In this document: one piece after another, positions 13,101 through 26,600 of the stretch
Layout: each line of letters begins with the position of its first letter
Position numbering within the stretch: position 1 is the first letter of the stretch
Made by a program: the position numbers and the translations under genes
Notes under the pieces: model-generated
What the model saw: the letters and a program-made list of their open reading frames with translations, nothing else
Told to the model about the DNA's origin: nothing
Database searches by the model: none
Source of the DNA: Chrysomallon squamiferum
Lineage: Eukaryota > Animalia > Mollusca
Direction of reading: 5' to 3'
Assembly (NCBI GenBank): GCA_012295275.1
Contig: CM022672.1
Coordinates: forward strand, 27,280,001-27,344,000
DNA length: 64,000 nt

Positions 13101-14473
13101 TTATTTCCAAAACTGCTTAATATGCATGCATGTAATCTCAACTGCTACGATACTGTGAATGAAATTAGTAAAATCATAACACTACACTTATATTAATTTG
13201 TGACAGGATATGGCATGAAAAAAAAAAGATTTTACATTTTCTTACTCATTTCTTGTTTTATGATGTTTCATTGTGTTACCAATAAACCTGATTTATACAT
13301 TTAGCACAGAACTTTAAAACTAATTTAATAACTTTTTAGTGAGAATGAAAAGAAAGGAGTACCCGAATCAGAAATCCCTGACAAAGTGAAGATTTTATCA
13401 AGAGACTACTATACACCCAGTGCAGACATCAGCATACTTACTGCAGATATTCAACAAAATGTGAACAAAGCAGCCTTAGCTGTAAGATCACAAATTGGAT
13501 TTTACATTGTGTTAAACATATTGAAAAAAAAAATATTTAAAATTTAGTTTAAGATCAATCATTATTCTTTATATAACTATGGACTTTTTGTTTTTGGAGC
13601 ACTAACAGTAATATACTTTTAATATTAACACACCATTGATCTTTAAAAAAAAATATTTGAATTGTTTATATACAAAGTAGGTAATATATAAGGACTCATT
13701 TGCAGCTGACTTAAGTAGTCAGTATCTAAATTTTTAGGATTAATGTTTAAACTCCTCATGATTATAAACAGGATTATGCTTTATATTATGTTAGCAAAAG
13801 CATTTACAACTACCTCAAAATTATTCTCAAGCCATCTTTTTTCCCCACACCCATTATTAGTAATATGTTAGTGTTGGTACAGTTATTTTTACATTTGTAG
13901 ATGGAAGAAAGTTGCTGCTCCATAAATATGCTAAAAAGGACTCATCAGAAAATAACTGATGTCCTGGAAACTCAGTGCAGTCAATTACGTATGTCTTACG
14001 TATTTTTTAAATGAAAATAACACTACTTTACCTCAACTTGTTATCTATTATTTTTCAAGACAGCTTTTTTATATGCAGGATGTGGAAATGTATTTATTAT
14101 CAATTTACAGTGTCTTGTCAATAAATGTATAGAAACTTTGACAGTTGTCATCAAGGCAGATGTTTTGCTTCATATATGTAACTTGAATAGTGATATTTAC
14201 AGTATTCTGAATTATTCATTAGTACAACTGATTGTCAGTGTAATTCATTGTTTTATTAGATATTTATGGCAGATAAATAAAGCATATTACCATACCTCAA
14301 CTTTCTATCATGAACTGTTTAAATGTATGTGGATGGAATTATGATGTTTGATTTAAATTTACTGATTTTTAATTTCAGGGCAGAAATCATTTCAAGGGAT
14401 TGAAAGTCCAAGAGAACAGATAAGGAATCGAATATTAATACCAGAAATTACTGATTTTAATCCCAAACACTAA
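10102..14473 (+). CDS. DSN1: Kinetochore MIS12-complex subunit DSN1 (~256 aa, 9 coding exons)
   Basis: Exons 10102-10186, 10948-11021, 11902-11962, 12191-12266, 12631-12708, 13019-13090, 13340-13481, 13901-13988 and 14379-14473 total 771 nt in frame. Basic RRRSSL..KRISM motif, LHSLIDPELPDDVRLAKL..CLEYTL, LQEDGLFKKAC, LETESEKWDNIL and KSFQGIESPREQI are colinear with remembered DSN1 blocks (RRKSL..LSRSISVDLAESKRL, LETDGTLQKC, SLERQTWDQLL, RSMQQLDPSPARKLL). An in-frame TAG at 10090 precedes the ATG. Confidence 0.8.
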
Positions 14474-15194
14474 TCCAACTAAATTTGAATAGTAAGGATA
14501 AATAAATTATTGTACATATATTGTATGTTTTCAATAATTTTTAGTAGGTGCGCACATTGTGGTAATGAGGTTTTTAAAGAAAAATTATTGGCATCTTTTT
14601 CACATACTATCATAAACTTTAGATGTTCTTCTAGAGATTTTTTTTTTTGTTGTTGTGTGTGGGCTTTTTCATTTTTATTATTTTAGATATAGATATTATT
14701 TTTTGAATTACATTTTTAAGCCACAGAGGATCAGTAAGTGTGTCACATCATATAAACATATGATCCATTACAAAAGCTGCTGTCTACTATGCTGTCAAAT
14801 GTACTAACATACCAGTCTCATTCTGAACATCACTCTTGATGAATTCAAAGCTGGTTATTTGGTCATGAAAATCTGTTGTGCACATTTTTCCTACATTTAA
14901 CACATTTAGGGATATAATAATTGGATTTCAGTAGAATGAACATATTAAATAATCAACATTGTGTCAATAAATTATTTGTTGTCACGAATGGAGCATTTTC
15001 AGTTGCTAAGAAACAGGATTGTTTCCTACAGTTGTAAGAAAATTTATTTTACTATTCAACCAATTTTTTTGGTAATTAATATCAGTAATAGCTGAAATGA
15101 CAAAACACAACAGAAGTTACATAATGCAAATTTTATCCTAATTGAAAACAAAAAGATGACAACAGTTTATTTTTGGAAGCTTGAGAACCAGACA

Positions 15195-17306
15195 TCATTT
15201 GTTTTTCTTATAACCAGAACCACATTTTCCACAGTTTTCACGTGAACTGGATCTTGACCTTGATCTGGACTTGGACCTGTACCTGGGCCGCTGAACATGA
15301 TGTCCATCAGAATGGTCACCTTTTGTCAATCCCTTTTTCGTTGATTTAAAAGCTATAAAGCCCACAAATGCTCCTAAAAGATGAGAATAATGTTTATTTT
15401 TTTTATTATTTTATTTTTTTTAACTTTTAATATATATATTTCCAAAGAAAAAGAATATTAAAATAATGTTGAATTCCACAGTGAAACTGTAATAGTGGAA
15501 TAATAAAAGCAATAAGAAAACAATTTTTATTACATTTTCTTCATTTCAAATCTGAATGTTTTATCTACAAACTAAAAATTAGTAAGTGGTGGGGTTTAAA
15601 ATAAATAAATTTTAATAATATTTCAGTTTGGAAATTGGCTTCAACAGTAGATTATAAGTGTTTCAGCTATGTAAAATAAGTATAAAATGATACAGGTTGA
15701 TGGAAATTATAGCATACATAGGTGTAATCTCAAACACTTATTGAACCAATCTGAAATAGCAAAGATTTGTTTATCCATTAATTTTGTTTTGTTTTTAATA
15801 GTAATTAGTTGTATGGAAAATTATGACAGATCTTTAACCACAAATGCTAATTTTTAAATCCATTTCAAATACTTAAATATTTATTACCTCATCTTACTTT
15901 CACGTTTTAAAGCAAATGTTGTTACTGAGTTCTGTGTGTTTTTACATAATAACTAAGCTGTGTTTGATTCATTATTTAAAGTTAAGAAACTCAAAAATAA
16001 AACCTATAATGAAAAGGGCAATCACTCCTGTGAGCAAAGGTCCACTGATTGCATACATCTTAGGAGGGAAAAATTGGTGAATGCTTTGATTGACTTCAAC
16101 AAATGGCTGCAAAAATAAAGATATATATACACATGTATCTACTAATAAATGTTTAAGATAAAATATGCTTATTAAAAAATGTTTTATTGTTTATGATATT
16201 AAAGTTTAAATTCCTGTATCTATTTAGCTTAACTTCTGCATCAGCAACATAAATTAAACAACAGCATGTCAACATATTAATTAGAAATAATATTCATTAC
16301 AAAGCAAGTAGATAATAAACTTTCTGTGCATTGTTAAATACTGGGCCAGAAACCGAATCCAAAATATCTGTAATAAACTATAACACAAATAAAATTACTT
16401 CAGTGTTTACAGAAGCACAGAAGATTATTCATAATGTAACTGAGAAACAAATGGATAAGTGTTTCCTGCTTCTTTTGTATAAAATGTTAGTGAAAGGAAT
16501 TTAAACTGTTAATTTACAGATATTCTTTTTTAATGAAAAGTGGCTCAGATTAAAATCTGTTAAATGCTGTTTTCCATCTGCTATACACATAGTCAAGAAT
16601 AATTCTTAATTGGTCAAATTATTAAAGATTTTTTTTTAATATTACAATATATATATATATATATATATATATGTATAACTGAAACTAAAATAAAAACAAT
16701 ATATGAAAAGTTAATTGAAACATCAAGACTATTTTTAAGAATAACAGAAGTCAATAAGAATATTGGTATTTATTTTAATGGCAACAGAAACAACTTACAA
16801 GGATTATCACCCAAACTGTATAATATGAGAATATGGCACCAGCTAAACCAACCAATCCCCATCCTGCTGCTTGGTCCACACCAGTTGCCTTTAAAAAAAA
16901 AGTTAAAATATACACACACACTAAAGCACAATTTTTTTTATTTTTTATTTTTTTTAAATGATAAACACTAACAAAAGTCCCTTCTAAACGCATCACAATT
17001 TATTTGATAAGTAAGTGGCAAGAGAGTAATAAATGATGTAAACTCCGGTAAATTATTAGCTTGTTCTTACATAATTTGTTTTGAAGTGACGTCTGTTAAT
17101 ATTATAATCATTATATTTATAATGATAATCTGTCCTTTCTGGGACCAGGTTAAGATTATAACAGTCTCAAGTTTAGAGAGATTCCAATAACTTAGTCGTG
17201 TCCATCTGACTTGTTCCTGGTAACACGACTAAAAATGGATATCAAACGCTGTGGATATGGTTTCATGTTATATACGTTTATCTGGAATTAATTAAATACT
17301 TGCCAT
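15195..17306 (-). CDS. DPM2: Dolichol-phosphate mannosyltransferase regulatory subunit DPM2 with C-terminal extension (124 aa)
   Basis: Exons 17304-17306 (ATG only, GC donor), 16799-16888, 16004-16106 and 15195-15373. Translation MATGVDQAAGWGLVGLAGAIFSYYTVWVIILPFVEVNQSIHQFFPPKMYAISGPLLTGVIALFIIGAFVGFIAFKSTKK... closely matches DPM2 (MATGTDQVVG...FTYYTAWVILLPF...IHKYFLP..YA). Confidence 0.93.
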
Positions 17307-18100
17307 CGTTCAGAGAAACCGCTCGTGAAATGATTTTGTGATCAAAAACCGCTGCCGCTACTGCAATATTCTCTGTATTTACACCAAAGCAGTTATAAAT
17401 TCCGAACTCAAGCAATTACATAATTACTCAGTTAAATATTTAACAGTATATACTGACTACAAATAAAATGTATCAAAGTTATTAATCGAACAGATTAAAA
17501 GGGAAATAGATCAAATAAAAAATGAGGTGGGGGAATTTAGCCCAATGTTTGTTAATTTTCTTTTGGGATACGTGTAAAATCGGGAATACTTATCTTCGTA
17601 AATTCAACTTTTAAAAATGTATTTATTACTAATTACATAAAAAAAAATAATATAAATTCTTTTTTCCTCTATTTGCATTCACGGTTATAATGTCCATGCT
17701 CAGAATAATAAATGAAATTGTAATTTATATCTCTTATAATAAATAAATAACAATTTTGTTATTTTCGTTTTCAGTTATTTTAAAATTTATATTATTCGAT
17801 TGGCTGTATCAACAACACTAGACAAAAGTACCTGCTGAAGATTTAATGTTTCTCGTAAATAAAAGTGTTTGTTAAAACATTGTTATAACGTATTAACAAT
17901 CATTTCTCTTTTATGGCTTATTTAGGTACTATTTTAAAATTAATTTTGAACGGATATAACTAACTGTTAATCAAGTTCGACATTGCTTTCATGATCATTA
18001 TGATTATCACTATCGTGAATGTGGTTATAACTCAGAAAGGAACTGAAAGTAAAATCGGACAGTCCGGAAAAGAATAAGTAAGATGTAATGGTTTTGCAGG
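17307..18100. promoter_or_regulatory. Head-to-head (bidirectional) promoter region of DPM2 and EXD3
   Basis: Divergent gene orientation. Retains CpGs, with an inverted CCAAT (gattggc ~17798), ETS-like CCGGAA ~18064 and a candidate EXD3 5'UTR donor |gtaaga at ~18079. Confidence 0.55.
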
Positions 18101-18102
18101 AA

Positions 18103-18179
<77 letters not shown>
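18103..18179. repeat. (CA)n(TA)n microsatellite
   Basis: Direct reading of the sequence. Confidence 0.95.
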
Positions 18180-18971
18180 CTACAGTTTTATAAATACCTG
18201 GGGAGCAGATCCATGTTAATGTTTGATTTTTCTCGAAATGTCTGCTGACGTCATCATAATGTATTGACGTAATTATACAATCATCTTTAATTAACCCTTT
18301 AAGTCTGGCCTACGATATGGACCACTATAAATATCAGGTATTTCATTGCAGTTCAACAGTTTCCCACAAAGAAACATGGAAATGCAATGTTACATATATA
18401 GTTACATGAAGAAAAAAAAATACCTATTTATAACCATTTCATATATTTTCCCCCCATTTGTTTTTTAGAACTGCATAACAGTTTTTGAGAATGATTGGTA
18501 TATGTTAATTTCCTTTGAACTGAATCCATGGGTCTATGATTAATGATATTTGGTAAGCATTTTAAGTATTTTAACTGCATTTATTTGTCATCATATATAA
18601 AGAAGGTCTAGAGGAAGAAAAAGAAAAGTAATTAAATAAGTAATAAAATAAATGTAAGTAAACAAATTTCTTGCAAATACTTAAATACCATAATAAGATG
18701 AAATGTACCATAATAAATACAAAATAAATAAAAAGCATTTAATATTTCAGTATATGTATATGTTTTTATTTATAAAATCTTTATTTTTTTAATTACTCTT
18801 TGCAGGATTTTCTTCAGTCAGAAATAAGACGGACAACTGGCAAAACATATTTTAAAAATAATTAAAGCAAAAATATCATTCCTAAAACTGTTTACACAAC
18901 GGTTTGTTAAAAAGAAGAATATTAGTGCACACATTTGTACTCAAATCAAGACATCTCTGTTAACTGAGCCC

Positions 18972-21113
18972 ATGGCACATTCAAGATCAAACCCCAAACT
19001 GGCCCATTCCATACACAACATCCAGAAAAGCAACCTGGATGTGTCAATGTCCTGGTTACTCAGGTTGATGGATAAACAAGGTGGGACCTCAGTGCAACAG
19101 ATGAACGAATGGCATGACCAAATTGAATCTGTCTGGTTTGACACCACTAAGAATAAAAGTCAGATTGGAACATGGACATCAGAAGTGCTTAAAAAGTACT
19201 TTGCCTCGGCATCAAATCCTTTTGCTCTGACGCTTTACTTTGTTCAGAGATCACGTGATTACACAACAGGGAAGTCTTCCACTCTCTCATATTTCATCCT
19301 CAAACAGTTTGATCAGTGGCAGAAGTCTCCAAGCTGTACTATTCAAGACAGATTAGAGATGTTTTTGACTCCTGATTTTCGTGTTTCAGTTCTGCGTGCT
19401 GTGATCACACCACACATTATTCTGCTAGATTTAGCTGTAAAGGCATTTGCTCTTAATCATGCAGGAAATGAATATTTTGTGCCTATAATCAAAGAACTGT
19501 TGACCAGAAAGAAATATAACCAGGTTGGTTGTTGCTGTATTCTTATATTTATTAAGTTTTTAAATTTTAAATTTGTCTGCAGATGAATGTAATTATATGT
19601 ATATTGAACCATATTAATTATGTATTAACAGATATAATATAAATTAAAATATTATGAATGTTTTTACTAATGTAAAATGTTTAGTTTTTTTTTTTTTGTA
19701 TTTTCAGGCTGCACAGTGTGCAAGCAAATTGCAGCTGCAGTCAGAATTTTCTGTTGAAGAGGTAATATTTTATTTTTATTCCTGCCAATGGAAGGGAATT
19801 ATTTAATATTTACACTTCATATTTGTTTTACAAATTCTGATAATAATCAGAATTATTTATTAAAATATAAATGTTAATTTAATTACATTTTGGTTTTTAA
19901 ACTGTAATTAAAATTTTTGCTTCAAGATTTTATTACAAAATGAAGATTAAAAAAAGCAAAACAACATACAAAATAGAAACAAGAGAAAATAACCTCTTTG
20001 TTCTCTAATTAGTGGTGGAAGTGAAAAAAAATGTGTATCCATTTTGCATACTACTACAAGAATTAGTTAATGACGGCAAATAACAAGCTTACTAAGAAAT
20101 ATTGGAAGCGGTAATCTCTCTTAATGTCATCTTGTACAAAGAAAGATACTGTTATTTGAAGAAAACTAAATAGTTTGTAGATACATTCATAAGATGAAGA
20201 AGTAGGTACAAGTAACAAAATAAGATATGATAAGATAATTATATCTTTGAAACAAAACTACAATCATAACAATGATAACTACAAAAATGTAGCTATAACA
20301 AATATCTTATTTTGCAGATTATTTTGCCACTGATTTTCCAAGACAAAGTGAACTTAGTGGAGGATTATCTGGCAGGTAATCCAGAACAACAGAAACTGAC
20401 AGTGAAGCTACTTGATCATATATGTGATCCCAAAACAAATCTGCACCAGCTTGTTGAGTAAGTTGTTTTATTACAAAGTCACATTAGTGTCTAAAAACAC
20501 TGAACAGACCTGTTAAAACAATTTTAGTAATTGAACTATTATTGCTGTTTCTTTTTTGTGTAAGGAGACTTTCTCTATCCCCATTTCCTAATTTACTAAA
20601 TTTTAATTAGAATCCACAAAAGCTAATTTATGTTTTATGACTTGTCAAAATACACCCACCTTTCATACTTTTGTGAAGTACAGCTGTTAAAACTGTATAT
20701 TATTTACATTAAAACTTCTCTGGTTTGGGTTCAAACTATTGAATTCAATTTCTTGAATGTATTATATTCTAGTACATAATAATTTAAATATTAAATTTCA
20801 GCAACAAAAAAATCTATTTCTTGTTATACTGACCACATTTCTCTGGGTTTTTTGTTTGCTTTATCTACAGTTTGTCTCGTGTAGACAATGTGCAACATCA
20901 AAAATTACACAAGAAAACAATCAGCAAACTTGCCTGTCGATTGATGAAGTTATTCCAAATACCTTACGGTAAAATGGTTGAAATATTTATTATATATAAT
21001 ATTTTTACAACTTTTTTTATTTTATTTTTTCTATGCTTATAAAGTGGTATGTATAGTCTATTACAAATTTGAATTAAAAGAATCACTGAATTCAAAGAAA
21101 TTTTATATTACTG

Positions 21114-21178
<65 letters not shown>

Positions 21179-23520
21179 GTTGTTTAAAGAGTATCCAAAG
21201 TCAAAAATATTTTATGGATGTAAAAGTAATTGTAACTTAATTTTCTGATAAACATAAGATTAATTAAATAAATATATATTAAGTATCATCTTTATCATAT
21301 TCCCAAATCACAGTATTCCAGAATCAAAATATCCATGCATTAAATATTTGCATAAATAATATTCTGCTTGATTTCAAAAATAGAAGATGGAAATACTTGG
21401 ATTAATTTTTTGTTTCAAAATATATAGATGTGAACTGAATTTTTGGTTGTTTTTGTTCAGGTATCTTTAATGTCTTTGAAAACAGGACAGACTTAAGTAG
21501 CAGCATTTTGCATGATCAGATCCCTGAAGTTTAACAGTATGTTATTTATTTTTCTTTCTATATTATAATTATATGTAAATTATTTTCTGTAGAGGAATGT
21601 CCTAACATTGCAAATGCCCGTGGACTGGGAACTCTGAGGTATTTGATGTACAAGAAATACACTGAGGTTGGTTCCATCTCTAAGGTTTTTTTTTTTAAAA
21701 TTATTTTTACCGTTTCTACATATTATTATTTTATTTATTAGTAGTATTATTTTTATTTGTTGCTTTCCTTTGTGTATTTTTTAATGGGATAAGTTCATCT
21801 TTATTGTAAGATATTATTTTTAGTTTTCTCTTTGTTTATTAATTTTTTATGACTTGTGTAAAAAATATATTATTTTGACATGTTTGTAGACAGTTTAAAA
21901 TAGCATAGTTATTTCTGTATAAGTAAAAAATATTGTTATTATTTTCTCTAAAGGATGTTGTTGATAACAGGTAATGATGATGATGATGATGATTAATGTG
22001 TTTTATTTATGATTTCAGAACAGTTTTGGTTCCGGGAGCTGGGATGAGATGATTCAGGTTTGTTTTTTACAATAAATTATTTTTTTCATGAAGAAGTTTT
22101 TAAGTGAATGTATCTCTGTGTGTGTCTGTTAAAACATGAAGAAGAGTTTTTTAAGTGAATGTATCTGTCTGTATGTGTAATGAATGCTTTTACTGACTAT
22201 CTCACTTTGATGTCAACGAAATGTGTTGTTTTAGTCTCTTTTTGCAGAATTATCTTATCTTTTTGTTTTTTTAAAATATATTTCATGGAATTTTTTTATA
22301 TATGTATATCAGACTGCTGTTGGAGATAGCCCATATCTAAAAGAGCAACTTGTGACACAGATCATGTGTTACAATGATCTCACCGAAGCTGCAAAATGGG
22401 CCAACTACTACAACCTGCCAGATTCCTCAATACCAGGACCAGTACAAGAAGCCAGAGCAAAGCTTGCCACGTTTGTATTACTTCAAAAATTAATTACTTG
22501 TCTAGTTTTTCAAAGGCAACTGTTAGTCCTTTTCTTTCTGCTGGAAGGTGCATTTAAAACATTTTTCTTGCTGCCAGTCATTAATAGTAGTTAATGAGAT
22601 ATCACAGTAGGTAGCTGGAGTTTTGTGCAACTTATATTTTACAATTAATGCAAGAAAATGATTTCAAAATCTTTCTTAGCAACTTACATTTTACAAAAAA
22701 AAATGAAAGAAAAATATCTGAAATTTCATTTTTTTTTAATTTTTTAAATATTAAATTTTTTTTCAATTCAAATTCTTAAAGAGTATCTATTATCTGGTTG
22801 AATTCATGCAAATGTATTACTCTGGCACCCAAAGATTCTAACTAGTTGCTGTAAGCATATCAAAAACATTCAACAGTTGTATTAATCTTGCATTAATCTT
22901 TTTACCAACGAAACTAAAGTTTATCTTTTTACACTGATATAATTCATGCATTAACTTACAAAACTTATTATGGAATGTAAACATATGTTTAGTAACAACA
23001 TTTAAAAATTACATATGAATCTTATTTCATTATGAAATAATGTTAAAAATGGATTTTTGAAATTAATATATTTGTTAAATAAAATAATTCTGTAATAAAA
23101 TGTACTGAGATTGTTCAACTGTTATTTACATTAGAATGCCAGAAAAGTGTAAATATCATAAATATTTATAATTATGCTTACAAAATTAAAAATAAACATT
23201 ATTGCATAGTGAGCTTATATATTAACACTGACTAGTTTTGTAATATGACAAAAAACATTACAGCCTTAAAGCAGATGAGCCAGTTCCTACACTGACATTC
23301 AATGACGGAGAAGAAAACTGGGATGATGAATGTATACCACAAAGTGAGATGAACAAACATTATCATCAACTGTCAATCCCACTGGAACATATCACTATTG
23401 TCGACTCCAAACAAAAACTGCAGGCATGTTTCAAACACATCATACAGGTATGCTTTTGTTGATATCTCTTATTTTAGTATTAACAGTTATTATTTATCAC
23501 ACATACTTTATTATTTTTAT

Positions 23521-23607
<87 letters not shown>

Positions 23608-26600
23608 TAGCTATAATATTGTAATTGAGAGAAGGTCCATTCATTGTTGAATTTGATTACCGTGCAAATATTTATGAATAGATTCAACATCAGTGTGAAA
23701 AAAAAAGTTTATGGACAATATTTCTTTTTACAAGAATGTTAAAAATATACAATATCTCATATTTCATTACTCCAAGCTGGGTTAAATACTGTCTCATAAT
23801 GCATGTTATGTCTGGTGGGAAAACATGAATTGTTTTACTTCATGAGAAAGATATCTAATTTTAAACATTTGTTAAAAAAACTATATATAACAGTCAGAAT
23901 ATGGCATATTAATCATTAATATTCTACATGTTTAAAGCAAAGGGTTTATCATTTCAACAGAAAAGATCTGAATACTAGTTTTATAGCTATTGCAGCATAA
24001 TCACTTTGTTTCCACGTTTTCCCAGTCAGATTTATAATTACCAAAACATGGACATCTAAAAACCAGTAATAAATAAAAAATTTAAACATCTGTGTTATAA
24101 ATCAGACGACTATATGAATACAACCGATTCTGAAACATTAATGTTTTAAAAAATATTGGTTGAAAAATAATAATAATGATGATAAAAATATAACCATTCT
24201 GAATTTTTGAAGTAAAACATTTTGTTTTATTTATTATTTCAGCCAGGAACCATCATAGGAGTAGATTCTGAATGGAGACCATCTTTTGCCAATGTGCCTG
24301 CCAGGTATTTATCTCATGTAACAGTTTCATTGATATCAAAGTAAAAATCAAAAGAAAAATGTTTTACAAGTTAATATTTTCTTTTAACTCTTTAACATCT
24401 ACATACATTTTTTTTTTTAAATTTTAAACAGTTTAATTTTGAGAAGAACTATTTATTATTCAAAACATTTTTTTTTTTTTTTTTTTTTTTTTTTCAGATT
24501 GGCTTTAATTCAGTTGGCAGTCAAGGATTATGTTTATCTCATTGACTGCCATGTTCTGAAGTCTGTCATGGATGAACAGGATTGGGCAGACTTTGCTACC
24601 AACATTTTCTGTGACCAGACTCTTCTAAAACTGGGTAATTTATTCATTATTTATTTACATGTTTGCTGATTTCTTCTGTAATGAAAACAGAAAACATATC
24701 TATATCTTTTAATTACTTATTATAATAATGCAAAAATAAAATGGAGAAACAAATAAACATTTCATTACATTATTGCTGTTTGGAGGATACAAAAATAAAA
24801 TATTATATAAGTCATATTATAATGATGGATCAGTTGACTAATTGTGGCTGGCTGATTTTATCCTCATTCTCTCAGAGATCATTGAAAATTTGTAAAATTT
24901 TTTCAGCTTTTTTTCATATTTGTATCAAGAATTTCAGTCTGGGGACATTTTAAAATTTAATTTTTTATTATAATTGTTTATATAGGTTTTGGATTTGAAG
25001 GTGATTTAAAAATGATGGTAAACACTTTTCCCAGTACGAAGGAACCATTGCTGGAAATGAAGAGAGTCATAAACTTAGAAGATCTCACAAAACAAGTAAT
25101 TTTAATTACTTACTGAATGTTTCAGAGCAGTAATAGATTGAGGAGAAATGTTTCATTGATCAGTGATCATATTAAAACATTAACTATTTTCTTTTCTGAA
25201 CATTGAATTTGTTTGCTGAAATGATATTTTAATACAATTATTTAAAAAAATAAAAATAAATAAATAAATAAATAAATAACAACATTATGTACAATGGAGA
25301 AAGAATAACTAGGATCAGACAAAATTTGGCACTTTTGATATTTGGTAATTTCTAAATTAATCATTTTTTTGAAAAGAATTGATAAAAATTATTTTTAAAT
25401 TTAAGTTCTTTTAGAATTTATTTTAATTTATAAATAACATTTTCAGTTTATTTTTCATGTTCTTTGATTAAACAAAAAATACAAATCCAAATGGTGAAAA
25501 TAATATTGGATACTAATAGATTAAAACAAACAATTAATTTTACTGTTTTATTCTAGTATTTATGATTTGTTTTAAATTTGTATTTGTGATTTGTTAATCA
25601 TTTGTATTTATGATTATTTAAAACAAACAAAAAAAAAAAAAATTCTTAATATTTTAGATTTTTGGTGATGGGCCAGTGATGTTAAATGAAAAAGTCCTCG
25701 AAGGTGACGAGGCTGGTGCAACATCATCAGCAACTGACAACAGGCATGATGGTCATGATGATGATGATGTGAGCAGTGAAGGTGGAGCTGTTGCCAGACC
25801 ATTCAAGTTTATGAAGAAAGAAGAACGTGGATTAAGTGAGCTGGTGCGGCGATGTCTTGGTAAACCTTTACATAAAATAGAACAGATGTCTGACTGGGAG
25901 AGGAGACCACTGAGACAGGAGCAGGTTATTTATGCAGGTTTGTTTGCCAGATTTTTGCCTAGACAAAGAATTTAACCACACCTCACTGGCAGAATCCTTG
26001 TTTGGAGAACAACAAATGTGTCTCAGAATTTATCTTTTTTGGTGCATTTATTTCGCTATTCATTCTATTCACATATTTATTTACTTGTAACTCTGATCAC
26101 CATGTAGCTGGGATAACTGACCATAAAATTTGCTTTCCATGAAATAAAGTTTTTGTATGTATTGTAATATTCTCAATTTAATGGTCAATGAACTCTATCA
26201 TTTCTTATTATTTATACATTTTTTATACGTTTCTTAATATTTTAAAATTTATATTTAGCACTGGATGCCTATGTCCTACTGGAAATTTATGGTGTTCTTC
26301 TGAAGCATATTGAGGACAGAAATCTTGACATTAATCCTGAACCACCTCTCTCCAGCAAATGGTGTAAACCCACTCGTAGTGACAAGAAAAAGGCCAAAGC
26401 AGCAGGACAAAAATTACCAAAACCTGAAACGGTTTGTCTACAATTTGTACTTTTATGTCATATTTATTTTAATAAAAACATATATTTGTGATTTGCTACT
26501 AATTGGATGATTGTTTAAGGATGGAAAATAGTATATAAAACTCTGTATTTATCTTCTTGATGTCTTCATGCACCCAAAATGACATATACATTTGATATTG

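Noticed and set aside
14474-15194. Overlapping 3'UTRs of convergent DSN1 and DPM2
   Set aside because: Separate AATAAA signals exist for each gene (+14501; - strand ~15043 and ~15166), so overlap is not required by the sequence.
21451-21470. Recursive splice site-like ttttgttcag|gtatct in EXD3 intron 4
   Set aside because: The intron is only ~620 nt and the donor is weak, so this is probably chance.
20978-23650. ORFs with poly-I/Y/F/L/N/HT runs here and elsewhere in the ORF track
   Set aside because: Translations of intronic microsatellites and poly-T tracts.
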